Shown piece after piece: positions 25,177-37,600 of a stretch of 64,000 nucleotides of DNA. This DNA comes from Protoeuglena noctilucae (lineage: Eukaryota): positions 744,001-808,000 of the forward strand of contig OY253680.1 of NCBI GenBank assembly GCA_958009085.1, written 5' to 3'. The notes under the pieces were generated by a model, which was not told the DNA's origin, did no database searches, and worked only from the letters and a program-made list of their open reading frames with translations. Each line of letters starts with the position of its first letter. Position 1 is the stretch's first letter. Both the position numbers and the translations under genes were made by a program.

Positions 25177-28100
25177 TCATGTAGTCCCAGCTGAGCCAAC
25201 CCCGCTTTGACTGGCCGTGGGCTGACTTTGCGTGGGCAGCAACAGATCGTGGCCCTGCCAGCACTGGGCCGGCACAGTCGACCCAGCAACCGTGGCCTCC
25301 TTCCACCACTTCACGCACTTCTTCCCGGCACGGCAGCTGCATGGAAGCTGCTCAAATGCGTGGTCCTTGGTCTCGTATCCATCGCCACAGATGGCACACA
25401 CGTGGCCTGGGTCGCCGTCGCTCCATATGCCCAGGAACGCCTCATCCACCGCCGTGTCCCCTTCCCTTAATCTGGGTGAGTCACGAAGGGTGAGGACGCT
25501 CGCTCGGGGGCATCTCCGACAGCTATGCAACCAAGCTCACATCATTGCAAACAACCACGACCACCGCAGCCCCTTACCTCACACCCTGCACCCAGCCGCG
25601 CAGCTCCTCGGACAGCCCCTCGATTGTCGGGCGCTTGGACGGGTCTGGGTCGAGGCACTTGGTCAGGGCGGACCTGCGAAGGGGTGTGGGGAGAAAAGGT
25701 TAGCTCTGTAAGGGCCTCAGCAGAGGTGCAAAGGTCCACTGCGTCGGTGTACCTGATGGGCTCGGGAACGTCCTCCAGGTGCCTCTGTTCCAGGGCTCGG
25801 CCGTGAATGTGCTCCAAAGCAATCAGTCTCGAGTTGACGCCGGAGAACGGCCTCTTGCCTGACGCCAGGTGTGCCAGCGTGGCTGCCACCGCGTAGACGT
25901 CCCACGACTTCTCTGCACAGACAAGAGTTGACACACAAACGTTGCAGGGGTTATTCTTGCCTATCAAGGCCTCGCCAATGCAGTCAGTGCAACTGCTGGC
26001 CACGAAAGCGCTTCGTACCTGCAACCCCAGGATCCATGTTCTTCATTTGGTCCAAGGGCGCGTACAAATGAGTCATCTCTAATGCAGTTTTAGGCAATGT
26101 GCCCTCCTTAACGTGCTGTGTAGAGAAAGCGCTAATTGTATTAGTATGATCTCCTGAGGCTCGACTCCTGACATTGCTGCATGTGAGAGAGGACCCCACC
26201 TTCACGCTCCCAAAGTCGCAAAGCACCACGGTCCCGTCCCTTGTAATCAGACAGTTGGGTGGCTTGATATCGCAGTGCACCAGCCCCTGCTCGTGCATCT
26301 CCATCACCGCCTTGCAGATGTCGTCCGTCGCCTTTGCAAGTGCCACCTCCTTCAGCGGCCCCTCTCTTACCACCCGCTCCAGCGAACCCCAGCATCGGTC
26401 CATCACCATCCACAGCTTGTAAGTCTCAACACCAGCCACAGCCCCGTACGTGGGGCACACTCTCTTGCACCGCTCGGACACCACCATACTCACGAAGACC
26501 TCGTTTCTTGTATGCTCGTTGTCAATCATGACCTTGACTGCCACCGGCTTAAGGCCCTCGGCGTCCGTCATTGATGCCATCTTGACCAAATTGCGAGTTC
26601 TTCCAAGAACGCGCCCCGACCTTGACAACTTGCTGCGATCCAGGTTGAGAATCCTGGACGCAACCTCCTTCATGTCCAAATCTGTCAGCACTGCATCGCC
26701 AGCGTTGACCTTCCGCAATGTTTGCACCACGTTTGCAACCGTCTGGCCCCTGGTCGAGACGAGCGCAACGCTCGCTCCGTCATGCGCTTGACCCCTGCAT
26801 ACAATGGAATTGAGTTGGGGATGTGGTCACTGAGAGGGCCTACAACCATGGTCTAATGACACACCTCACATCCGTCTCACCCGTCATGCTCCTCGCCCAA
26901 CTCTGCTTCCTCCTTTGGCAGATTTTGCTTGAGCACTGCTTCAAGGGCCGCCCACCCAGGTGGCCCAGTCCTGTGGGAAACATCACAAAGGTTCATCGAG
27001 TGTAAATACCACTGCAGATGCAATGCGTCACGCTGTGCAATTCCCAAGTGGATGCCGCACCTGGTGGCCTCCTCCCACTGCACCGTCCCCTCTGCCATCT
27101 CCGCTGCTGTGGGACGCGCCGCCGCGTCTGGGTCCAGACACTGCCGCAGCAAGGGTCTGCGAAAGCAAGCTCGGAGGGCTCTGTTATTGATACACTGCTG
27201 CAATGCCTATGCTCCCTTCGCATGCTCTCAATGCCATGCATAACTGCACCTGATACCCTCGGGAACGAGGTCGAGGTACATGTGGTTCATGGCTTTGCCA
27301 TCGGTATGATGCACAGCAATCATAGCAGCTGGGACGGATTCAAAGGGCACCTTCCCTGACGCGAGGTGAGCGATGGTGGCAGCCGCAGCAGCCACATCCC
27401 ATTTGGGGTCTGCGGGTGCCACCACGGGGAAGCAGGGTGTTTTGCACAAGTAGCTTATGTCTTGCTTCCAGCAAGGGGCTGCCAGGGGGCACTGGGTAGG
27501 CTAGCTCACCCGCCTTCGTCCCCGCGGATGCTTTGAGTTGGTCAAGGGGCGCGTAGTTGTGCGTCATCGCCACCCTGTCGCCCAGCTCCTGATCGACAGA
27601 CTGCAATCACGGACGCTTTGGGCCATGGTCAGCCTCCACTGCGTCATTGCTTGCTGCAGTCCCACCTGACCCAGCGCAGTTCCTCACGTGAGCCGCGTCA
27701 AAGTCCGTCAATACCACCCTGCCGTCCCTCCGAACGAGGCAGTTGCCCGGCTTCACATCGCAGTGCACGATGCCGCACGCATGCAGCTGGGCCACCGCAT
27801 CAGAGATGTCGCATGAGGAGCATGCCAGCTCGCCCAAGGGAAGGCCCTTGCCGCCGAGACCGCGCAGGCGATCCGCCAATGACCCCCCGCACCGCTCCAT
27901 CACCATGAACAGCGCACGACTGCGCTTGACGCACCCGTAGAACTTGGGGACAAGCGCACACTGCAGTGAGGCCCGTAATGCCAGGCCCACCTCGCTCTCC
28001 GGATGGAACGAGCTGTCCATCGGCGACATCTCCTTGACCGCCACCGGCAAGGCATTGCCATCAACCGTCAGCGTGGCCGCACGCACAGAAGCCCGCCCGC

Positions 28101-28530
28101 TGTCAATGGCCTCTCCACGTTTCGACAGGGAATCGTTGGGCAGGAAGATCACGCTCCTCAGCCACTCCGTCGCCTCCCCGACAGATGCCACTGGCAGAGA
28201 CTCGACGAACTCGCCGACTCTCTCCAGTGGCAGCTCGTCCGCCGACACGGCGTGGCCCATCCAGCATTGCGGCCCGCCCTCGGTCCCCCTGGCCTGGAGC
28301 GTCCGGCTTAGCCACCGTCTCGCGCCTGCCTTGCAAGCGATGCAGCCGCACGGGAGCCGCCTGGGCTCGATATCGCCACCGTCCGCCTCGAATGCGTGCC
28401 CGCACAGGACACACCACGGCGTCCCCAGGGACCGATTCCAGCGACCGCTGTGCGACGCCAGCGGGCGAAACGCACTCGATGTGCCAGGATCGCCGTCGGG
28501 CGCGGCGAGTCCGCTCCCCTCCGCTGACAT
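25177..28530 (-). CDS. RING-kinase-kinase-RING tandem kinase protein (KEG-like modules)
   Basis: N-terminal RING-like CVLC...LPCGCIAC...CWMGH. Kinase 1 has VAVKE, HCDVKPGN and DFD. Linker exons splice in frame (EEATR|TGPPGW...EHDG|GQAHDG...VVQTLRK). Kinase 2 has VAVKV, MDRCWGS, HCDIKPPN and DFG. A second RING-like CAIC...LPCSC...CWQGH follows. Confidence 0.75.
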
Positions 28531-28971
28531 CTCGGTCACGGCATGCAGGCTGAAGCTCGCGACGACAGCCGGCTCATCATGCGGCTAGCTCAGGAAGAGG
28601 ATTGAACACGATTAGCATGCCTTTCGCACAATTGCCGCGAGCATCAGCCGGGCTTTACCCTTCCAGCAAAGTGTTTCACGAGCATGCGCACAATGCACTC
28701 TTCCTTTCCATCCTTTGCTGACATTATCCATCCGTCCTTGAATGACAGCCAGCGACGGCCAGGTTCCTTAGGGGCTTCTTTCCGTTAAGTGCGTCCAGTC
28801 GGCGATTGCTGCTGCAGGCAGCGTTTGACCGAGACCACTTACAGAGCCACGGCTTCACAGAGTAGGAGTCAGAGGTGACTGGATAGGGGTGCGATCGTAC
28901 CGTGGCAGCCTGCGTGGCAGTCGGGAGCCCGCACTCTTGACTGCTGATGTTGAGACTCCCTTTCGAAGGCC

Positions 28972-30774
28972 ATGGCGACCAGCGCCGCCTGTTGTCGGTC
29001 GATGTCGGCTGAGATTTGCGATGTAAGTGTGCTCATGCCGCGAGTGCGCCGCTGCGCCCAGTGCGGGCGCGGGAAAGGCTTGCGTGCTCTGGACTGCACT
29101 ATGCGCTCGTGCGGCGACAGGCTCGCGAGGGGACACGCCGCGACGTGCTTGCGCGACGCACTTGCCTGCAATATGGCTGCCTGTCGTCCGCAGGGCAAGC
29201 GCACGCGACCCGTTGGGCTCGCAGCCATGGCGTCGACGTGCACCGCGGACCTGCCCGGACAGGGCGCGGCAATGGACGCAGGAGAGGAGCTGGGGGGAGG
29301 AGCGGTGAGGCTGACGGTTAGTCTCATGAAACGAAGCAGCGATTTCCGCAAAAGCAAGCGCAAACGTGTCGATGAGGGGTTGATGCAAGTGAGATATCTT
29401 ACTGTGCTTTCAGGGCTGGACCGAGGAACGGCTGCGGCATGCACTCGGGCTGCATGGAGCCGGGGGGTCAGGAGACCTCGACGTCGATCTGAAGGGTGCG
29501 AAGGTGGTGCTGGAAGAGCCGCTGGTGGTGGAGGCTGGCTGCGTGACACTGCGGAAGGGGACAGTGGTCGCGGGAAAGGCATGGGAGGGGCCGCGGCTGC
29601 TGAGGGTGGCAGGGGAGGGGACGCGTGTGGTGCTGGAGGGGGTGCGGCTGAGGGGCGGTGGGGTGCAGGTCTCGCAGCAAGCGCGGCTGGAGATGGCTCA
29701 GGGAGGGGTCGTTGGGTGTAGCAGTGACGGGGTGGTATGCGAGGGTGGCGGGGATGCGGAACTGATAGGGGTAGAGATCCTAGGGTGTCTGGGACAGGGA
29801 GCATGTGTGCAAGGAACAGGCAGCAAGCTAGTGATACAAGCAGGGAGCATTGAGCGGTGCAGGGAGAGTGGTGTGGTTTGCAACGATGGTGGCAAGGCAG
29901 AGATAACTGAGGCACAAATTGCAAAGTGTGGCAGGTGCGGGACGGTTGCGATGGGACCTGGCAGCACACTGGTGGTGCAGGGGGGGCACATTCAGGAGTG
30001 CCGGGGTGCTGGAGTGTTTTGCCACACTGGCGGCCAGGCGGTGGTAGCGGGGGTGGGAATCCAGAGAATTCAGATGGGGGCTTGCGTGGAGGGCACAGGC
30101 AGCAAGTTGGCAATAAGCAAGGGACACATGCAGCGTTGTGCAGGTGGTGGGGTGGAGTGCTCAGCTGGTGGCACTGCACGCCTTGAGGACTTCACCATCG
30201 AGGATTGTAGGGGTCCCGGCGTGGTGACGCATGGGGGCCGGGTCACTGTAGATGGAGTAGCGGTCGAGAAATGCCTCATGGGTGGCATGAAATGCAGTGT
30301 CGGGGGCCGCATTGATATCCATCGGTCAAACATTGTCGGCTGCCATGACAGCGGCATTTCCTGCATGCAAAGCGGCATAGTCGAGGTGTTGGACACAATT
30401 GTTACAGGATGCGGTGGCTGGGGTGTTTGCGTATCGCATGACACCAGCTTCCTGGTTATGACTGGGGGCCGCATTTCGGAGTGCAAGGCGGGGGGGCTTC
30501 TCAGCAGCAACAGGGGAAATGCAGGGCTGAGGAACGTGGAGGTCGTCGGATGCGGGGGGCCGGGGGTGGAGAGGAGCAGAGGTGGCACGGTGTTGATGAA
30601 AGACGTGAGGGTGGATGGGAACAAGCTGCAGGTGAGAGGGCAGTTGTGGCAGGGGTAGCAGGGGGTCTGCATTAGCAGTGGTATGCATGGCGATCAGGTG
30701 ACCTTCTCCGTGGTGACCTTCTCCCTGCGTGCGTGACGCAGGACGATACGAACCAAGAGACCCACCAAGAGTGA
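28972..30774 (+). CDS. Right-handed parallel beta-helix (PbH1/pectin-lyase-like) repeat protein
   Basis: The large exon 29414-30631 carries ~23-aa repeats of the type I.GC.G.GV.C..GG...L.... The 5' exons and the last exon (30742-30774) are inferred; the unspliced stop is at 30658. Confidence 0.75.
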
Positions 30775-31272
30775 GGGGCCCCGGGTTGCATGCAGTGCGC
30801 GAGGCAGTCAGGCGGAGATGCAACGTGCTAGTAGAGTCAAGTAAAGCGAGTTGGACGTCGTGCTTTGGCCCTCTGTCGCCCCTTCCCAGCTCCATGCATG
30901 CATGCTATGCAGGTGGCCAACATCTGCAGCCACCCGCGGCGCCTCACCCGTTCTCGACTCTCTTCGCCAGCGCGGCCGTTCTTGGCAACGGGACTTTTGC
31001 CAAAACAGCAGCGCGTGCTGCAGCCTGCGTGCATCCTCGCTCTAATCTTCTCCGTGTTTCAAATCGATTCCCACCAAGCCCACAGCGACCTCGACCAGGC
31101 GGGCCTAGAGACCATGCAACCTAAGCCCAGCTGTTTGCGCCACGTGAAAGCAAACTAGATTATGTCCGTGCAATGAAGTGAAAAGTCGTCAGTTCTCCCT
31201 CGCGGGTAGAGCCCTCCGCTACCCCCAGAAACTCTCCCCTGGTGTTTGTGCGGCGCCGTGACACGCCGTGCG

Positions 31273-31677
31273 TCATGCGCCATCGTCCCGCGAATCGAAC
31301 AGCGAGTCCTGATCCGCATCGTCGAAAGCGTCCGACGACGAGGGCCGGGCCCCACCGCCCGACAGCATGTGCCGCCACTCCGAGCTTGCAACACCGGTCG
31401 CCGCTTGCTCATCGACGCTCCCGGCCGGCCACGCCCACGGCGAGCCTGCGCCGTCCACGGCGTGCCAGGCCCCATGCACGGCGTCGTGGCCGTCGATGTC
31501 CTCGGGAGGGGCGTCTGTCGGACCCAAAGCGCCCGAAGCATCGACCGACTGCGCCATAGAGACGGAGGCCAGCGCGGACCCCTCGAGGGCCCAGTGCCGC
31601 GACACCAGGAAGGCCGCCGACTCGACCCGCGCCCGCATGGCCTCGTCCGCGCGGCTCTCGAGGACGGACCAGGCCAT
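31273..31677 (-). CDS. Hypothetical intronless acidic protein (~134 aa)
   Basis: ATG-initiated ORF MAWSVLESRADEAMRARVE... with an AT-rich TATA-like stretch (~31765-31787) upstream. No recognisable domain. Confidence 0.35.
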   Translation of the reverse strand: MAWSVLESRADEAMRARVESAAFLVSRHWALEGSALASVSMAQSVDASGALGPTDAPPEDIDGHDAVHGAWHAVDGAGSPWAWPAGSVDEQAATGVASSEWRHMLSGGGARPSSSDAFDDADQDSLFDSRDDGA

Positions 31678-31878
31678 CGCGGCCCCCAGGGCGGGACCCG
31701 CCAGCACAGACCAGCCAGGGAATTGGAGAGTTTCCAGGGACTGCGGGCGGAGAGGAAGGGCGGTTTGAAATTGTTAAACTGTATAAAGTGGGAGGCTGCA
31801 GAGGACTAGTAGTGCTGTCAGACACAGCCGCGGCCGCCGTGAGGTCAAGCTGTGAGGGGCCCTCACCGGAGCGACTTC

Positions 31879-33808
31879 CTAGAGCATCTGCTGCACGGAC
31901 GTGGACGAATAGACGCGCCAGATGGTCTCGCCCAGCACGTTCGCCACGGACAGCACCGTTAGTTCCGGGAACATGTTCTCAGGAAGCACGGGAATGGTGT
32001 TGGTCACTGGGAGGGCAGAGTAGAGACGTGTCGCGTGTCGGTGGCATCACACCGCGCGTCGGCCCAAGGCGACTCTTCATCAAACATTTAAATGCTGTTC
32101 AACTCTGCCCAGTATTCTCACCGATGACTTCCTGGAAGACGCCCGAGGAGAGGCGCTCGATGGCGGGGGGCGAGAAGACGGCGTGGGTGGCGCACGCGTA
32201 GACCTCCTTGGCCCCGTGCTCGTGCAGCACCTTGCCCGCGTTGGTGATGGTGCCCGCCGTGTCGATCATGTCGTCCACGAGCACTGCCACCTGTGGGGGC
32301 CATGGCGTGCACCGTGTGACACCGGACCCGCTGCACCGGTGCCAGGTGCATGGAGACGGCATCCATGCGCCGGACGCAGCATCCGTCTACCGCGTGGCCC
32401 TGGCCCCGCCGCGGCTCTCACCTTGCCCTGCACGTCCCCGATCAAGTTCATGACCTCGCTGACGTTGTGGGAAGAGCGGCGCTTGTCCACGATGGCCAGC
32501 GGGGCGTCGTTGAGCTTCTTCGCGAAGGCACGCGCGCGCGCGACGCCCCCGACGTCTGGGGACACCACCACCAGCTCCCCCGCCGGGATGCGCTTGGACG
32601 CCAAGTAGTCCAGCAGGACCGAGGACCCGTACACGTGATCCACGGGGATATCTGCGGGACGCACATGACATAGTGAGCTCCCTGCGCGCCAGGGCAGCGC
32701 CGCGCGCGCGCAGAGGGGGTGCTGCGCCCTCACCAAAGTAGCCGACGCACTGCCCCGAGTGCAGGTCGACGGAAAGGACGCGGGAGGCCCCGGCGGCGGT
32801 GATGATGTTGGCGGTGAGCTTGGCGGCGATGGACTCGCGGCCCGAGGTCTTGCGGTCGGCCCGGGCGTAGCCGTAGTAGGGGATGACGGCCGTGATGGAC
32901 CGCGCCGACGCGCGCTTGCAGGCGTCGATCATGATGAGCAGCTCCATGAGGTTTTCGTTCGTCGGTGGGCACGTCGGCTGCGACGACGAGCGGGCGGTGC
33001 GGCTCATGAGACCCCGTCACGGCCGACCCCGGTGCCCGCGACCCCTGGCACCCCGCCGCGCCCCTCCGCCCGCTCGCCTGTATCAGGAAGACGTCGCAGC
33101 CGCGCACGGACTCTTGCAGCTGCACGTAAATCTCTCCGTCGGCGAACTTTTTGATCTTGATGGTGCCCAGGTCCATTCCCAAATAGTGCCCCACCTCCTG
33201 CGCAAGCTGCGGGTTGCCCGTGCCCGAGAAGATGCGGAGGCGCTGTGCGAGGGCCGGGGCACGCGGCATCGGCGGCGAGAACCCCGGCACGTCAAGGACG
33301 GGCTTCTGCGGGCAGACACGGCGAGGGTTACTCGCGCGGGGCCGCTCGAAGCAGCTGCCACGTGCACAGCCAAGCCGTCAACCATGACACGAGTGCGGGG
33401 GCGCGCGCGCACCCGTGCGAAGCCATTGGGCGACACGTGCACGGCCCCAGCCGGCACCGTCGTGTCTAAAGCGCGGCAGGGCCGCACGGGGCGCGACCTC
33501 CCGGAGAGGACGCTCGCGGGAGAGCTCGATGGGCCGGCTGCGGGCAGCGGGACGGGGTGTCGTCGCGGGAGGGACGCTCGCACGCCGGCGCGAGTGCGTC
33601 GCGGCGGGTGCGGAGGGAGAAGCGCGCACGGGTCGCCTCCTCGGTCAGCGGGCCCCGCGGGCCGGCAGCCGGCAATGCGTGCCGCAAATGTCTCCTCGCA
33701 GCCCGGTCCCCGGCCCCACGCGATGCAGGGGCGCGAAAGGGGCTGTGGGAACAGGTGGCCAGCGCCCAGCCGCCCTCGGGGAAGCGTTGACCGGGCCAGT
33801 TCGACCAT
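31879..33808 (-). CDS. PRS1: Ribose-phosphate pyrophosphokinase (class I PRS, probably plastid-targeted)
   Basis: [104 protein letters not shown] and [11 protein letters not shown]. It ends [17 protein letters not shown]. The start is inferred. Confidence 0.93.
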
Positions 33809-34675
33809 GCGACCGGAACAGCCCGACAATGCCACGGTGAGGCAACGACGGGCGCCCAGGACCGTGCAGGGGCGAACAGCAGCCCTTCCCTATCAGCCGA
33901 CAAGGCCCCTCGTTCGGGAGGGCGGCAAGACGACCACCGCTGCTGGCCTCCGTCAGAATAACTTGAAACGCATCGCATGCATCCCGGGGGCGTCCTGTCC
34001 GAAGGTTCCCGGGGGAGAAACGGCACCCCAACGACATTTCAGCCCCATGCCGGCGGCTCGGGGGCCGACAGCCGGCGTGCGGCGGCGAAAATCGCTCCTC
34101 ACCCACGGCCTGCGAGCGCTGGCACGCTTGCCCAATCATCGTGGGCCCCCGGCTCGCCCCAGGTGGTGCCGACGCCCGATGGGAGTGTGGCGCCCGCGCG
34201 GCGCGGACAGCGAAGCTTGCCGAGAGCGGCAGCGGGTGGAATCCGCCGTGTCGCCCGCCCGCGCGCGCCGGATGAAGCCGGGCGAGTTTGCCAGTTTGCA
34301 GGGCAAAGCCTGAGCGCAGCCTCGCGCTCTCATCATCAACCCCAGGGGCATCCATGTGATCCAAACGCGCTGCCGATGCCATGGGAGACACCTGTAGCAT
34401 CGCGACCGGCGACTAGCGCTGCACCCGCATCTCGCGCATCTCTGCATCCAGTTTGTCTCAGCGAGCGTGTTTTAAGAGCTGTGCTGGATTCCGCAAAACC
34501 TTCTCTTGTTGCTTTCCTTCGTGCTGCTGGCTCGGGAGAGGGAGGATCCCTGGGCGTCGCGGCGGGCGTCGACGCAAATGGCGCCGCGTTGAGGAGACTC
34601 CCCGCAGCGAGCGGTGCCTCTTACGCGGTCGTCCTTCTCCCGCTGTTTGCGAGCTGAAGTCAGGACGCGGCACCG

Positions 34676-37600
34676 ATGGGCGCGAAGGCGTCAAAGGTCT
34701 CTGGCGCCGGGCCAGCCCCTGTCGAGGGTCCCAGGTGAGACGCGCAGGCGCGGAAGGCGCCGGCGACGGAATGTGCTGCGTGGGAGGATCCTCGCACGTA
34801 GAAGCGGTTCTTCAGGGTGCAGCTCGCGTACCCTTCGCACGGCAGACCCCCCCCAGTGCCCTCGGCCTGCCCCGCATGGCCCAGCTTTCTTTGCAGCGCG
34901 TCTGTGGCGCCGTCGCTGCGGCCATCGCATCTCGCGCCTCATCGTCGTCCTCCCGCGCAGGCTGCTTGTGGTGGAAAACGATGACTTGCCCTTCGTCCTG
35001 AACTTCTCGTTCGATGTCGCCGGCACGCGCTACGGGGGCGAGGCGCCAAGGTGTGACTTTGAGCCCAGCGTGATGTATTGGATTCGATCGTTACAGCAGG
35101 AACACGCGCCCAATTCTCCCCCTCTGCAGCTCCGAGTACAACAGCAACGGCCCCACGCCCTCCATTGCCGCCATCAAAGACGCCATCACTCGGTCGTGGA
35201 TCGAGGGTCGCGTGTTGCAAGAGAAGGCCTGGTCGCAGATGGAAATCCCTGACCAGATCCCGCCCAAGGTGGCCAAGCTGTACAGGTGCCGAGCGGGGCG
35301 TCCTGCAGCGCCCATCGCAAAAACTGTCTCCAGCGTCTCACTGGCCTTTGTGGACCTGCATCGCACCCGCAGGTGGTACTACACACTTCCACGGAGCAAG
35401 GTCCCCTCCAACCCCACGGGCCTGCCCGTGCCCTTCATGTCGCTGCAGCCGGCGGAGGTGCTCTCGCAACGCGTGCGCGGAGTACGCAAGGCCCGCGTGC
35501 TTCGCATCGTCCACGGGCTCGGGGACGAGGCGTCTGATATGGTGGATGGCGACCTCGACTTCAAGGACAGGCAGAGGCTCGTCACTGGTGAGGGGCCGAG
35601 CCTCGCGAGTCCCTGTGCAGTCATGTAATGCTCCACTGCCGCCATTGACGCTCTGCTTCGGCAGCCACGATGCCGTCTTCACGAACGAGGCCCGCCCTGA
35701 CACCGCAGCGGAGATCAACGCGTCCGACGACCCGCTCGTGGCCGATCTCGTCAAGCACCTGGACCCCATGGCGGCGCAGCACATCATCGACCGCAGCTCG
35801 GGGTTGGTGGCGCACAGCTGCACCGTCGTGATCCGCCTCACGGTGGCCCTCTACCGCCGGGACCTTCCCCTCCCGCCCTTCCTCAACAACACCACGGAGG
35901 CGGCCGTCTACCCGCACCACGAGATCCGCGCTGCACGTGTGCTGTCGTACCCTTACTGCATCTACTTCCCCAGGGACCCCTGGCCTCGGTGCACCCTCCC
36001 GCCCGTGCCCCGCACCCCGCGCCTCGCCAACAAGCTCTCCCGTATCCTGGTGATGGCCGACACGGTCGCATTGCCCCGCAGCTGCGGCCGCTAGCTGCGG
36101 TGGGCGACGTGTAGCTCAGCTTCTTCCTTCCCTGCAGTCGCTCTTCCCGGACGACCTCCCTGGCCAGGTCGGGGACCTGGGGCCCAACATCATCAAGGCC
36201 AAGGTGGCGCTGGTGATAACGTTTGGGGAGCTCTTCACGCAGCTCTACGCCATCCCCTTCTCGCCCGCGGCGCAAAAGTGAGGCCCTTGGTTGCGCTTTG
36301 CGGGGAATTTGGGGATGCAAGCCATGCTGTGCCCTGTGCAAGCGGTTCAGATTGAGCTGGGTTTAACGCGTCGGCCACTCCTCTGCCTGCACAGGGCGGT
36401 GCTGAAGAAGCTCTTCATCTCGCAGACGGGCTTCATGGAGCACGCCCGCCGCCCCGAGCTGGTCCTCCACCGCACCATCCAGGCCGAGGACGACCGCTTC
36501 GCCATGTTCGCAAGCATCGACCTGGCTGGTACCGACCGCGAGGATCTCGGGTTCGACCCCTCCAACGAGGTGTCGTTCTATCTCAAGGTGCTGGACATGG
36601 TGGAGCAGGAGGGCACGCACATCCCTGCGCGCCTGCGCCCCCCGGGGTGGCGGCGACGTAAGGGCCACGATGGGGTGCTGCAGGCGCTGGCAAGGAACGT
36701 CAAGCAGGGGGAGAACGGGACCGTAGCGGTGAGTGGTGAGGTTTCCAGTCGGTGCTCGGCAGCGCCATTCACGGCCGTTGAATGACTCCATGAGAGATTT
36801 GCTCGCATAAGCACATGTCGCTGTTCCCCGCGTTGCTGGCCCCGCAGCCCGAGGAGGAGGAGGGCGGTGGCGAGGCCGAGGTGGCGCAGGAGGAGGAGGC
36901 GCTGGTGGCCGGGGAGCGGGTGTTCGTGGCGGTGCCGGTGGAGGAAGTGCGGGACGCCGAGTGGACAGGGTCGGGGATGGGGTTCTACGAGGGAGATGCG
37001 TCGCTGGTGAGTCAAAGGGCGCTAGTCTGGATGAGCAGCGAATGCATCGAGAAGTGCGTTGGTGGATGCTCTGCACGACCCCTTGCATGATCTGTCCGGC
37101 CGCACCGCAGATGTGCGTGAAGCTCATTACGGGCGACGAGGACGACGACATGAGCGAGGACATGGTGCGGCGTTTGGGGGAGGGCGGCATCCGCGGTATG
37201 ATCCACCACATGGGGGACGTGCCGCGGCACAGGGACAACATCGGCCAGGACGACATGGAGGTCATCATTCGGTGAAAGACGCTCGTCGGGCTGGATAGTA
37301 TGGCGCCATGACTGCAATCGACGCAAATAATTGAGCAGCTTCGTTCCATGTCAAACTCTCAGGTGGCGCGACAATGGCACGGTGGACATCTTCAGCCTCC
37401 CGATGGACGACCTGACCAGCCTGGCCGCGATCCCCGGGTGCCTCAAAGCCATGCACGCGGACCTGGCGCAGATGCGGGGGGCGTACGACGTAGACATGTC
37501 CATCGTGGAGCAGCTGGACGAGCTAGAGGACGCCATGTCAGGTACCATGCTCTGCAGCACGCCTCTGGTGCAAGGACACGCTCCTCTCCAGATTGCCATG

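Noticed and set aside
29389..29413. 25-nt GT-AG micro-intron in the beta-helix gene
   Set aside because: An upstream in-phase donor (GCG|gtgagg at ~29305) gives a normal ~109-nt intron.
32883..34313. 476-aa + strand ORF and many other long R/P/A/G-rich ORFs
   Set aside because: These are by-products of high GC content; they overlap confidently identified genes on other frames or strands.
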